Shown here piece after piece: positions 25,691 through 38,334 of a stretch of DNA of 64,000 nt. Origin of the DNA: Raillietiella orientalis (lineage: Eukaryota); assembly GCA_036172245.1 (NCBI GenBank), contig JAYWIR010000015.1:1302001-1366000 (forward strand), read 5' to 3'. The position numbers and the translations under genes are program-made. The notes beneath the pieces are model-generated. The model was not told the DNA's origin. It ran no database searches and saw nothing but the letters and a program-made list of their open reading frames with translations. Position 1 is the stretch's first letter. Each line of letters opens with the position of its first letter.

Positions 25691-28600
25691 CGGGAGGAGA
25701 GAGAGAGCGAAACGGTCAGTTCTTCGGGAGCACCGCTGGAAGACCGAAAGCCGGAAAAGAGGAGGAGGAGGAGAAGGTGGGTGCATCGGCAGGCAAAGCT
25801 CCACCCATCCTTCTCCGGACGGCTCCAAGGCTTCCCGTTTTCCAGGCGTGTAGGGAGCGCTTCTCACGGAGAGAGGAGGCAATGGGGAACTCCCTGAAGA
25901 ACGCGCAAGTCAAGTTGCTGGACTTTGCTTGCCCTCCGGAGTCCGGAAATGACCGCCGCTCACTTCGCAAGGTGGTCATGGAAGGCGCCGCCCTCATCGG
26001 CAGACAGCCCTCGTCCGTTTCCCTCGAGATGTGGAGGAAGCAACAGGAGAGGAAGCCGGCCAGCGTTTCCCTTGAGGGACGTGTGTCCCAGAAGGCACTC
26101 CACTGAGCGGGTAGGGGAGATTTTCGGGTCGCTTGCAATCTCCCCAACCCTTTTCTCCTCCTCCTGCCCTCTCCTACGGCCCCGGGGGCCGGAAGGAGCT
26201 CTCCCTCTGTCTTCAGGATCATGGACTTTTCGGCTCTCGGCCTCTCTCCTGGTCAGGAATGGTTCCTTGAAACTGGGTCTTCCCCTCCCCCAAACTGGGG
26301 TCTTTCTCTCTTCCGACCTATGCGGGAAGCAACTTCCATCCCATCCAGGAATTTGCTTCCAAGGGAGCCTTTTAAACGGGAGGGAGGGTCAGCATTGCGG
26401 CAAGGGGAGCTCCGTCCAGGCAGATCGGAAGGAAAGGGAGAAGGGGAAGAAGGGTGGGCAGAAATAAAAAGGGAGGGGAGAAAAGTCCCAGAATGCGTTC
26501 TAGCCGAAGAGCTTAACGCGGATGTCCCGGATCGAAGGCTCGCTTTGCCCTCTAGCGATTTATGCGCTCCGGAACGACTGTGATACTTCCCGGAGCGAGA
26601 AGCAGTCCACATCCCGCGCCTAGGGACACCTCGGTCCCCGGTCCAATCTTCCGAGACCCTCGTAGAAACGAGGTCAAACCGAATGGCGGTCAGCGTGGTG
26701 GCTTCGCGACCACTGCCAAACTCCTCCGGGATCTTCAGTCCCTTCCCTGTCTACCCCGCACCACGTGGGTTGTTCGCCGCCGTTCTTTCGATTCCGCTCG
26801 AGAGCACCGCAGCCACAGAAGTTGGGTCACCTGTGGGTTCGGACTGCCTAAAGCGATCTCTCTCCTCCCCCTCTCCAGACCATACACGGCGCTTGCCGAC
26901 CTCACCCTACTCCTCACCTCTTGAACGAGGAGACCAAATAGGGGAACGACGCCCAGGAAATTCCTGGTTCTTCTCCTCTCTTCCCTTTTCAGCTATTTCA
27001 CGTTAAGGTGAGGAGGAGGAAGCACGGTGCTCGGACGTCACAGGCAGGATACGCCCAACCACTTCTCCGCTTGAGGGACGAACTCTTCGGAAAAACCTCC
27101 CTCTGGGGTAGGGCTGGATGAAGTGCGTCAATGCCGGAGTGGGACAGATTTGAAGAACGGCCTCCTGCTCTGAGGCCCACTGGATGAAGGAAGATCACTT
27201 TTCTTCGCCGCCGAAGATTCCTTGAGGATCCCCCGAAGGGAAGAAAAGGAAGAGGATGACAGGCAGCCCGAAACCCGGAAAGACGAAGGACTGCACCTTC
27301 GTCCGCAAGGGGAACCGGGAGAGACCACGAAGAAAGGCCGGAAACCGTCCCTCCATCCCAGAGGCGGGAAACGTTCGTACGGAAGGCAGGAAGGAGAATT
27401 TTGGGGAACATGGTCGAGGGCTGTCACGGGAGGGCAGGGAGAGGCAACGAGAGAGTCTGTCACGGTCCCCTAGTTCAGAAAGGATCCCCCCCGAAACGCA
27501 ACACCATCCCAGGACGGAAGCGAGCAAAGAAGTAGATGCAGAAAGAAGGGAAAAAAAGGGAGGATAAATCCGAGGAGGAAGAAGGGAAGAGAGGGCTCCC
27601 TGGCAGCCTCCTCGGCTCCGTCCAAGAGCCTTCCTGTTGCCTCTTCCGATCAAAGGCATTTCGGAGTTTCTTCTCTTCTCTTCCTATTTTTTTCTTCCTT
27701 TCCTCTTCCTCCTCCTTTCTCTTGACCCCTGCTGGACTCTGGAGAAAAGAGCTGAGCCGCCACAACACTGTCGCCACTTCGCGGCTCCGGTTAGATCTCA
27801 AGGCGTTCAATTCCCAGGAGGATCACCACCCACTCACAGCTCCCCTTCCCCACTCCCTCCTCTTCCCCTTATTACTGGTGCCTGAGAGACCGCTGCTGCC
27901 GAGGAATCAGCCGACGCTCCTTACACTCAGTGGCATGGTTTGCACGGGATGGGACGGGACAGGGAAACTCAGATGTTCCACCTTGTTTTGAGCGTCTTTT
28001 CTCCTCCTGTTCTCACTCCTTTGCACCCTCTTGCCTTGTTGTTCCTCTCCCAGGCAACGTCTGGCTTCTTCGGCAGAAGTGATCCTCAACGGACGCTTTG
28101 CCGCAGTTGCCCGGAGGAAGCTACACGTCTTTCCTACTTCCCACTCTGGGGGATGCTCTGAGCGATGTCCGGCTGCTCCTCGTCTCCTTCCGCTTTGTGT
28201 GTGGCTCTGCCCCCTCCCACGTGCGGAGAAGACAGCAACACACGGTGGAGATGGCGGCAGCTCTTCCCGAGCTCCGCCATCTCCACCGCTTGTTACTCCT
28301 CGTACTCCTTCGCGACAACCTCTTGGATCCAACCCTGGCCCACTCGTTCCCTAGAACCTGTTCGAAGAAGGGGTGAGTGGGGGTTCACGACTTCCTGTGG
28401 TTGGGGTCCTGGGCGCGGATGAAAGGTCCAGAAAAGGGGTTTTCCCTGCCGCGTGCGGAGGGAGGGCCTACTCTCAGCGAACTGCCAGAGACCCCTTTGT
28501 CAGCGACCACCTTTTCGAGGCGGCCCACTTCCCTCGACCTTTCGCCACCTCCAAGAGATCGGGGTCCGCATCTCTTGGGATGTGGGAGTGGGGAGGTAGG

Positions 28601-31600
28601 GCCGGGGAGAGTCGGAGGGAAGGCTCGCCGAGCGAGTGAGTGAGGAAGCTCCCCCACGGTCCTTCCCGAGTCGCTCGAGGCGCGATCGGTCCGCCACCGG
28701 CGCCTCCGGCGTCATCGCTTACGAGGCGATGACGGCCGTGCGGCGGCTGCGGGAACAGTCGTCCCGGCATCTCGAAGAATCACAATCATCTCAGGCATGC
28801 AGCTGTCCCGTTCATTCGGGAGCGCTCCGTTCCCTCCTCAAGGTCGTCGGGCTGTAAATTTTCTCTGGGAGAAAAGAAACAAAGAAAAAAAAAAGGAAAA
28901 AGGAAGGCAGGAATGTCGTCGCGCGCGCCGCCTCCTCTCATCTCCTCGGATGCCGCATCTATCGATTATCAATCACGAGGAACTTATTAAAGTTGTCTGT
29001 TGTCGGCGGAGTGTTGCTCCGCGGGCGGAAGCAGTTCCGGGAACATCGATCTTCCCGCGCGCGGCGTCGCGCAGAGGAGGCGCGAGCGGTCGCGTTCCGC
29101 GGGGTGGGTTCCGAGCGGTGGGTCCAAAGGCGCGATTCCGGCGGCGGGCGCGTCCGACGCCCGCCGCGGGGATCGGGCTGGGAGGGAAGTGGATGATTAG
29201 GTGGGGGACAGAAGAGGAGGAGGAGAGAAGCCGTCGTGGCTTCCGGCACACCACCACTTCCGGAAGTCTCCCTCCGGCAGCATGGGACTCCGTCGGAAGA
29301 AAGGAGAAGTCCTTGGAGGCGTAGACAGGATGTTTGGGGAAGTGCAGGAGCGAGTGGGAAGCGGTGCCATCCCGAAATACGGGAGACAGGGGTGGAAGGA
29401 AGATGGGGAGGGAGAGGAGCGAATCCCGGTTGTCCTCGGGTGTTGCCGGACGGGTGGTACTCCGGGTGCAGGAAGCGAAGGAGGAGGAAGTGCACACTGC
29501 AGTGACCGGGAAGATCAGGAGAGGCAAGAAACCCCTCATTTCTCCATTCCTCCTTCCGTTGTCCTCTCCCTTTTCTTCCGCTCTTCGGTGACTGAGTCAG
29601 CGGTGACTGGAAGGAAATCCGGGGAGGGGGCATGTGGAGGGACCAGGAGTCCGGTTCCCGATCTCGCCTCCGCCTCGGGAGAGCTCTCCCAGGTGCTTTC
29701 GGCATCCTCATCCTGGTCTGAGATGATTTCTCCGAAGAGAGACGAATCAGATCGCAGCATCCGACGAGGCCTGGACCACCTCTTCGATCCACGTAGTGAA
29801 GGAGGGAGATGAAACCTTCGCTGGCCGGGGAAACGAAGGGAGAGGGGGCGCCGCGCTTCATCCCCCCCTTCATCGCAGCCTCTCGGCTCGCTCGGGACGC
29901 GGGAAAAGAAGGAAGGGAAGAGGCGGTCGGAGCGTGCGCGGCACGTCTCCAGTGGCCCGCCGCTCCCCGCCTCCGTTTTTTCTCCGACTTTGTTTTCCCG
30001 CTTCCCCCCCCCCCCTTCCTTCCAGTCGGTCTCAGCTGCTCCGTCCGGAGCAGCCCTCCGTCTCCCTCCCCCGCTTTCCGGTGGGGCGCGAGAGGGAACA
30101 GGGCGAGCAGCGCGTGAGCGAAGAACAAGAAAAGGGGAGAGGAAGGGATGGATGCAAGGGTGGGGGAGACGACGAACAAAACAAACACACACAAAGACAA
30201 GGAATGGTAGGCAAACAAAGGGGAAAGGATGAGGAGGGAAGAGGAGGAGGAAGAGGGTGGGAAGAGGAGAAGGAAGAGAAGAGGTCGCGCACCGCGTGCA
30301 GGTCGCACGGCTGCGACCCCACGCGCGAAGCGCGCGCAACGGGAAGAAGGGGCGGCCCAAAGGCAGATGAGACGGCGCGAGCGCACGTCATCCTCCCTCC
30401 CTTCTGCTCCTCCTCCTGCGGCAGGCACACCTGTTCCCCCGTCGGCGACACTTGTAGGATTTCAATCATCCGCTCGGGGGAGCGGCGGGCGCGCGCGTGT
30501 TCCCTGACGTGTTTGAAGATGTAATGACGGCAATTAGCAGCGGCAGCAGGGAGCGGATGGACCAGAACAACCGACGCGGAACGCGCGCGGAGCGGGAGAG
30601 TAGGCGGTGGAGGAGGAGGAGAGTGGAAGGACGAAGAGCGGAGGATGCAGCGTCTGCGTCTACACACTACCCCTTCCCATTGGTCCCGAAGGAAGGAGGA
30701 AGGAAGCCGGGAGGGAGGAGGAGGAAGAGAGGCACACCGGGCTCCCGGTTGTTCCCTTTCCGCTTTCCACACCACCCACCCCTCTTGAAGGCTCTCCAGA
30801 AGGGTTCCGTTCTTACAGGAGCCGCAGGGAAAAAAAACCCTATCCGCTGCTCCTGGATGCACACAAAAAAAGAGAATCCCGGAACTTTGCCTCGTCTTAT
30901 CCTGGAGAGTTTTTCCGGATGCCTTCCCGTCCCTTCGCTCTGTTGCGGGAGAGGAGAAGGTTCGGTTTCCACCGAGCTTTTGACCCTGGAACACCGACCG
31001 AGACCAAAAGACCAACTCTCCGGAAGTGACCGTCACCGGAGAGGTCGCGAAGAGACTCCCCTCGCCTCGTTTCCTGCTCTTCCCCTCTCTCCAGATCGTT
31101 TTCCGGTTTCCCGTCGGAGAAATCGGGGGTATTTCCATCCTCTCGCTCTCTCTCCGGTACTGCTACCTCCCGCGCGCTACATTCCTCTAGGGATCCATGG
31201 AACCGGAAGCGACCGTGCAGCACGTTGCGGATCGCGTTCGCTGCTTGGAGGACCGCCTGCCGCAGTCCGGAGGGAATGCCATGCAGTATGCCGCCGACCT
31301 CTTCCTCACATTCGCCACATCCCTTCCTTCCTTCCTCTTCCCTCACTGAATGGAGGTGCTCTCAAGCAGCAGACCCAGACCTCTGTTTGCAGGATGGAGA
31401 CAAAGGGCGGAGTGGGGTGGGAGGCGATGGTCTCTCCAGCTCTCTGCTGCAAAGACAAGGGGACTACACCCCTTCGACTGTTTTCTCCGTGGCACTTCTC
31501 GAGAGAAGTGGTCCATAACTGGGTTCACAGGGGTAGTCTCTCCTCCTCCGCCTAGGGAATTCAGAAATGTTGACAGAGCCGCCTCAGGGGGTTTCCAGCG

Positions 31601-32169
31601 TGCTGCTGCTGCGTTCAAGGAGACACGGAGTGGGAGGCAGAAACCCCATGCACTTGGTTCGTCCCTCGATCCGACTTCCTTTGAGGGTTCCCCGCCTCCC
31701 CTGCATTCCTCCGAATCAGAGCAAAGATCCAGCACGGGGAAGCGAATCTCTTTCTGCATCTCAGATTTCACACTCCTTCAGGACCGAGAACCCTGAGCGC
31801 CTTCGTGCTGCTGCCGCGCGCGTCAGCTCTTCGCGGGAGACGAGCTGACGGTTCGGACGACGTTCCTACTTTCCCCCGCTGGCCGCAGCTTCGGATACTT
31901 TCTGGATCTTCTCTCTTGAGGAAGACCAAACTTGTCGGCGTCACAAACAAGGGGGGAACAGCCGCTGAGTCGATCCTCTGGTGCGTCTCTTCTATCCTGA
32001 AAGTCTACGCTGCTCGAGCAGCGCCACTGCCCGGTCCACAGTCGATGGTTGCTCCCTCTCCTGACTCTTCATCCCTGTCACGAAGTGGGGAGCCTTCAAC
32101 TCCAGAGTGTGGCTTCATCTCATCTTTCCTCGTTGTGTCATTCTCAGCGTTTCATCTTGTCGAAGGTCT

Positions 32170-32400
32170 CTAGAATATTCCCCTTCTTCCGCTTCCTCTT
32201 TCTCTTCTCTCTCATCTTCTATCTCTTCTTCTTGATCTTTTTCATCCTTCTCTTCTTCTTCCTCCTCTAATTCTTACTCTTTGCTCAGCTCTGGAGCTTA
32301 CAGCTGTTCCTGAGAGTGGTTTACTTTCCGATCAGAGTGACTGCGAGGCTGTGCCTCCTCAGGGTTTTATCCTTTCGTTGTTTCGGTCCACGCCTTCTCC
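32170..32400 (-). pseudogene. Acidic (E/D/K) codon tract with three in-frame TAA
   Basis: Minus strand reads G*NPEEAQPRSHSDRKVNHSQEQL*APELSKE*ELEEEEEKDEKDQEEEIEDEREEKEEAEEGEY. The TAA codons appear on the + strand as TTA at 32367, 32298 and 32274, all in one frame. Confidence 0.45.
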
Positions 32401-33764
32401 TCGAAGCTGTCCTTTCTATTCCCTCTCTATGGGGAGCTCAGCGGAAGATGTAGAGAACCGCACTTTGTGGCATCCTCCCTGGAATTCCTGCGGTCAGCCC
32501 CGCGGTGGATTCCCCGATCCACCGGAATGCTTGTGCAGGGCTCCTTTCGCAGGTGAGCAGGAGAAAGAGGAAATGGGAGGGGGGAGGGAAGAATGAAGGA
32601 AGAGACAGTCAGGAGTTTTATCGCGGACGCCGAGGGGCACGCATCCTCCTTCGAGGTGCTTTTCTCAGGATATGAATCCATCCGGGAACGAGACTCAGAA
32701 TCTGTGCATTCATTACGGGAGGAGTTCGCTCCAGACCTTCTAACTGCGCGCTCCCTTTTTCGCATGCCCTGCTGCGTCCTACGCATCTGTCTCGGGAGTA
32801 GTCCCTAGGAGGAACCTCTCCCGCCTAGCCGAAGGCGGCTATCGTTTCCACGGTGGACCACGTCACACGTCTGAAGAGACAGGGTCCTCTCGTGCACTTG
32901 GAGGCGCCGGTGTGTTGTAAGAACGGACCGTCGACCACAGGTCTACACCTGTGGTCGCCGCAGGGGCAGTGCCGGAGCTGGCGATCGGGGCTACCAAAAA
33001 GGGTCCGGGAACACTGGAAGAATAAAAATTCCGCGAGGTTCGCTCCCGAGGGTGGGGGTGATCTTTGGCGCAAGCAAAGCAGGAGGACAAAGGTGCGGGG
33101 AAGAGAATCTCCCCCTCGCCTCCGCTCCGAGTCCAACCGTGGAGGCGGTCGGGACCGAGCGCCTTGGGAGTCCTTCGAAGACGTTAGGCAGGAGCCACCA
33201 GATACGTCACTCGTCTAGGGCAGGGAAAATTTTCGAAGATCAAAGGGAAGTGCCCGTGACGTGACCGGCATGGAGAGAGCGCTTCCCGACTCTTCCTCCA
33301 CCTCTCCTCTCCCCTCTCCGATTTCCCTCCCCCAGAATACGTGATTCGAATCTCTCCGGATGTGGAGACACCTTCTAAACGCTGTTTCTGGGGAACCGTC
33401 GGAAGCAGGAAGGAGGGACTGAGTGAGCCAAAAAGGAAAGAAAGGGGAAAGGGAGGGAAGAGCAGGAGAGACGACAAAGATAGAGGAGGAAAGGGGAGGG
33501 GCAGAAGGGGTAGCTGGGAGAAGAAGCTATTCCGGATGGATGCTCCATGAGGCCTCTTACCTCGCACGTAGGCGCGCGGGACAGGGTTTTCCCGAAAGGA
33601 AGCACGGAGGCGAAGGGTGGAGGGCAGGAGAGGAGCTGACGACCCGGGCATACAATGGAAAAGGAACGGGACGAAACGGTCGACACTTCCCACCTCGCCC
33701 CCGCCTCTTCCCCTACCCGGGTCGGAAAGCTGCATGACTTCGCAGACTTCCCTCGGTTGACCGA

Positions 33765-33814
33765 GTCAACGTTTCCCCTTGTAAGGGGTTCCCCTTACAA
33801 GGGGAAACGTTGAC
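33765..33814. repeat. Perfect 24-bp inverted repeat with a 2-nt centre and nested sub-palindromes
   Basis: GTCAACGTTTCCCCTTGTAAGGGG-TT-CCCCTTACAAGGGGAAACGTTGAC. The arms are exact reverse complements and extend 4 more bp with one mismatch. Confidence 0.97.
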
Positions 33815-34914
33815 CCGGCCGGGACGCCCCTCCCATTTCTTCCCCGCTGGAACGGAAGGCCTGCGCCGGCTTTTCTGCCTCCCCACCCCTCTCGACGGAA
33901 AGGGGGGGGAGGACAGACGTCTGTGAACCTCTGATGACCCTGTCGGGTGTCGGTTCTAAAAGTACGCCGCCCCACTTCCGTCTCCAGGACTCTCCGGGAC
34001 ACCGTGCGTGCGAGTTGCCGGCGCCGCTCCAGGCGGGAATCTCCCTTCCCGGAAGAGAAGAACGAAAAATGAACACGGGGGAGAAGAAACCTCTTTCTCC
34101 CGGCTAGCCTTCCGAGAGGGCAGGGACACCATTGGTTTCTCGCGCGCTCACAACGTCAAGGAAGAGTGGAAAAGGGTTGGAGGTGGGGCAGGAAGAGAGC
34201 ATCTTCCCACCCTTCTCCCCTCGAGAAGCCGCTGTAACCTCCGAGCGAGCTGCTTCGCACGTGTGGGGCCCTCCAGCCTCCTCTTCCTCGCTCCATCCCA
34301 AAAGGGGTGGACGGCGGTCCCCAGAAAAGAAAGGGGTTCGGAACGGAGCCGTAGGGAGATGGTGGTGGGCTCGAAGGGACAGCCGGATGGAACCACCTCC
34401 TCCCTTCTCTAGAAAGCCCACTCCATCTCAGTTCGGCGCAGATAAGGAGGTTCCGACACGCAGGAAAACGGGGCGTTTCCGGCTTTGTTCCCCGGGAATG
34501 GGGTTCCGTTCCTTCTCCTCCCTTCATCATCCCGTCGCCCCGCAACACTCCTGTCCTTTCCCTCTTCCTCGTATCAGAAGAGAGGCAAGGCTCGAGGAAG
34601 GGGAAGTTATCACTCGGGGACACCACCCTCGTTTTGAGAGGGACCGCAGCCCTAAGCGAAAGCTTTAGCAACCACCTCAAAGGGCTGTCGGGAGTTGGCG
34701 CGCGCAACCAAGCTCTCATCCCCGGGGAGAGGCGCAGGAAGTGGAAGAGCGAAGGAAGAGCGCACGGAGCTTCGCGACGAGCTCCATCCGGGAGGAGGAG
34801 GGGCAGGATGCACCCGGAAGCGCTTCGCTTGCCACTCTTCGTGAGAGCCAAAGGTTCCGAGAACTCCCGAAGGCCAGAAGTTTGGCGAGGAGGCGATGGG
34901 GTGGGAGCGAGATG

Positions 34915-35095
34915 AGGTCATGGTGATGAGGATGAGGATGACGACGACGAGGACGAGGGTCATGAAGAGGAGGATGGAGGCGACGAGGGGGAGAAGGTGG
35001 ATGAGCAGGATGAGGAGGGGAAAGAGGAAAATCAAGGGATCATGATGAAGACGACAGGGAGGATGAACATGATGAGAGGGAGGAAGGTGGGAGAA
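34915..35095 (+). pseudogene. Acidic (D/E/G) codon tract with a 1-nt frameshift
   Basis: GHGDEDEDDDDEDEGHEEEDGGDEGEKVDEQDEEGKEENQ, then a phase slip at CAA-GG|GAT (35036-35038) to DHDEDDREDEHDEREE. Confidence 0.45.
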
Positions 35096-35189
35096 GACGG
35101 GAGGGGAGCAGGGATGGCCTGCTCAGCTCCTCTCCTCCGGCGGGAGCCAAAGAGCAGGAAGTGGGCAGTCGGATAGGCTACACTCGCGT

Positions 35190-35720
35190 CAGTGGATGGA
35201 GAGGGTTGACGATTTCAGGGAGAGTTTTCTCTTTTTTAGGGAGCATCCAAAAATCCCGGCAAGTACTCGAGGGAGGTTCTGAGAGCGCCGGTTCCCAGCT
35301 CCGGAAAGTCTTCCTTGGATGATCGCAGTCTGAAGCTCCTGCCTTCTCGTCCGCCTGCTCTCTTTTCCTTTCCTCAGCGCGGCCGCTGCAGGAGAACACG
35401 GGAAGGGGGGGGGGGAGCGGTTGGGAGTGAGCCCGAACTGTACCAGGTGCGGGGAGCGCGAATCCCTCCTGCACCTGCTTGTGGATTGCGTTGCCCTGCG
35501 GTCCCTCTGGGAACGCCTTGACCCGACCCTGGGAACCCCAGGAGGCAAATTCAGGGACGCCTCAAGACCCCTCCTCCTACGCAACGCCCTTCGGCCAGCA
35601 GCCTCGTCGGCAGCCCTCTTCTGCCTGCGAGGAATTGTAACACGTCCTGGAGCGATTGAAGAAGAGGGCTGAGTGGCAGGGATGCCCTCTGCTGCCGTGG
35701 CAGGCATCATCGGTCTGCAC
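35190..35720 (+). mobile_element. 5'-truncated, degenerate non-LTR retrotransposon (LINE, L1/Tx1-like) ORF2 C-terminus with a zf-RVT CCHC zinc finger
   Basis: Single frame: RF*ERRFPAPESLPWMIAV*SS...RLGVSPNCTRCGERESLLHLLVDCVALRSLW. This is C-x2-C-x7-H-x4-C (35439-35489) with the E[S/T]xxHLL core and downstream W typical of the post-RT zinc finger. No RT or endonuclease motifs, poly-A tail or TSD found. Confidence 0.65.
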
Positions 35721-38334
35721 ACCGGTAGTACGGCAAGCTCCCGTTGGAATACATGTGATTGGACCACCAATTCAACCACAATCTCTGCCGATGTTTATTT
35801 TTATATGAAATGAACATCTCAGCGCACTCAGATGATGATCCACGCCTCGAGGGGAAGTCGTTCGTTTGGTTAAGAGTGAGCGGGAGGGCTTTCTTGAGGG
35901 AAGGAGCGGGAAATAGAGGAGGGAGTGGATGCGGAAGGGTAGGAGGAAGGGGGTAAGCAGGGATGAGTGTTCCCGGCTGGGTAATCTGCCTGACTGCTCC
36001 CTTTCCCCTCAAAACCACTGTCCGAGGAGGCTAGATTCCTCTGCTCCCCTTAGGGGGGGAGGGGACGGATATCTGCCAGTGCCGTCAAACCGCCGAAGGA
36101 ACACCTCTCTCTGCCCGTGATGCCACGGCATTCCGAGAGGAGCCGCGCTCGCTCCCTTCACCCCAAAATTCGTTGGGAAGGAAGGAAGCGAGGAAGGAAG
36201 GGGGGAAGGGAGAAAGAGCAGCGAGGGTAAACCGCAAGGGTACATTTCTGCCGGGACCACTCTGATGCCGCCGCCGCGGGGGCGGACCCGAGAGTTCTTC
36301 CTCCTCTGAGCACCGAGGAACCCTGTGGTGTCCTCGGAGGGTGCGCGCGCGCTCTCCCTCCCTCGGCTTCCTTCTTCCCCTTTCGTCCCTTCGCTTCCTT
36401 CCTCCTCCGAGCAGAGGGAGGTGTCTGTTCCTGTTCCTCCGCTCAAGTCTTCCGCGCTCCCTCGGCGCAGTGATCGCTCTTCGTAGGAGGAGGAGGAGGA
36501 GGGGAAGACGATGCTGGCCGCGTCGTTTGGGAAATGATCAATAACGGAGCATTCCGGCAACACCGCGGAAATCCCGCTGAGTGATGTATGGCGTGGCGGT
36601 GAGCGAGGGAACCCAACCTGCAGGACGTTCCGTGCGTTGCACGCCGCGTGGGGAGGGGTGGAATGGAGGGAGGGAAGCAAATGCGAAGAGAAAAAGAAGA
36701 AGAAAAGAAAGAGGAAAGAAAAGAAAGGAAGAGAGAGAGGGAGAGAAGGAGAATTCTCGGATATCTTTTTCTACGGAATGACTAGGGAAAAGCGCGCGCC
36801 CGCTGACCGGCGATGGAGCGCTCGTAGAAGAGAGATGGAGAGGACGTGGAGCGAGAGAGGGACTGCGAGAACTCGGAGGGAACGCCCGGTCTTCCTACCT
36901 CCCGCGTCGGCGCGCCGTCCAGCGGGACGCCTCTCTCCACACTCCATCTGCATCTCCTCCTCCTCCCAGGGCCTCGAAAGGCGAAGAGGCGTTCAAGGGA
37001 GCCTCAGGCAAGCTGGAGGAAGCTCAAGAGACATTGTCCTCTCGGCTCATCTCCCCAGAAGGACCACTCTTATCGGAGGAGAGCACTGCCTTTACGGAAA
37101 CTGCAGACCACTAGACGCCCGCGTCCGTACCACTGGTCGCTCTCTTCCGGGATCCTCCGGCCTTCAGGCGGAGAGGGTGGCTTAGTTGGGGTCGATAATC
37201 CCAGCGTCCCCAGTTGCGTCTCTAAGTCGTCTGTATTCCTCTTGAAGAGAGAGGAGAGAAACTATGGATCGGGCGGACGGCTCCAGAGACGCAACCTGGG
37301 AGCAGTCGTCTGCGAGCGCGACGGTGGCGAGCAGCGGTGGTAGTGACGGCGCCTTACGAGCCACTGGGCATTGCTCCATCAACTCCCCTAATCTGAGAGC
37401 GGAGGGGGATATGGGATCTGGCAGCGGAAACTGAATGAAGCAGATCCTCTTCCGTGGGATTTCGACACCCTCGAAAAAAAAAAGCTCTCCTTCGACTTCA
37501 TCTGAGGTCTCCCCATTTGTATGATCCCCTGGAGTCCCGACGGCGGAGTCAGACCACTCATCCCTCCTTTTTGCACCGCCGAATGCTACAGATAGCTCTG
37601 CTGCGCGGACGGTGGATCTCCGGAGCAGGTCTCTGGTCCTGAGGGGTGGCTTCTCAAGGAGCGATTGCTCAATAGGGATCAGCCGAGGCGGGAGGATGCT
37701 TTCCTCTGGATAAGCGCGCCTCCAGAATCCTCCCACACGGATCATGGACTTCCGGGAAGACGCGCGCTCCTCTATGCTTAACGACAGCTTCGGCACGTCA
37801 CTAAGATTCCCCTCCCCTCAGTCCTTCGCCTCCTCCTTCTTCCCCCTCCACTCCTCCGTCTATTCCTGTTCCCAGCCCCGTCTGCATTCGCGATGGCGTC
37901 CTCCGAATAGCCCCTCCTGGACGTACCCTTCATCTCTCGGTCTTGGCGCGTCCCCCCCTCCTCTTCCTTCCTCGGTTTGGAGCAGCACCTCAGGCCAAGC
38001 TCTACTTTTCGCCCCCGCTCTCCAGAAGAGGCGGGAAGCGAGGATCGCGTGCTTGAGTGACTCCGGGTCTCCACGGAGCTGGTGTCCTACGCTCCCTTCC
38101 TCCCATTCACCCCGATTTCCCTACCCGAAGCAACAGCAGCTACGGCAGCGACGCGGGCGGAATCTCTAGTAAAGGTTCTTCGTCTCTCACGGGAGAAGGC
38201 CGAGGCCGAGTAGGGCTCTCCGAGTGAATCCTTCCCTGCAGAAGAGAGTAGTCAAGGGGGACTCTGGACAACCTCCCTTCCTTCCCTTTTTTCCTGGACT
38301 CTGCGGAGCTGCGAGCACTCATGGAGGACTGTTT

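Noticed and set aside
24400..28530. Isolated GDF (about 24415) and SDH (about 28502) words as APE endonuclease motifs
   Set aside because: They are 4 kb apart, lack surrounding motifs (GDFN, RID), and are too short to be significant.
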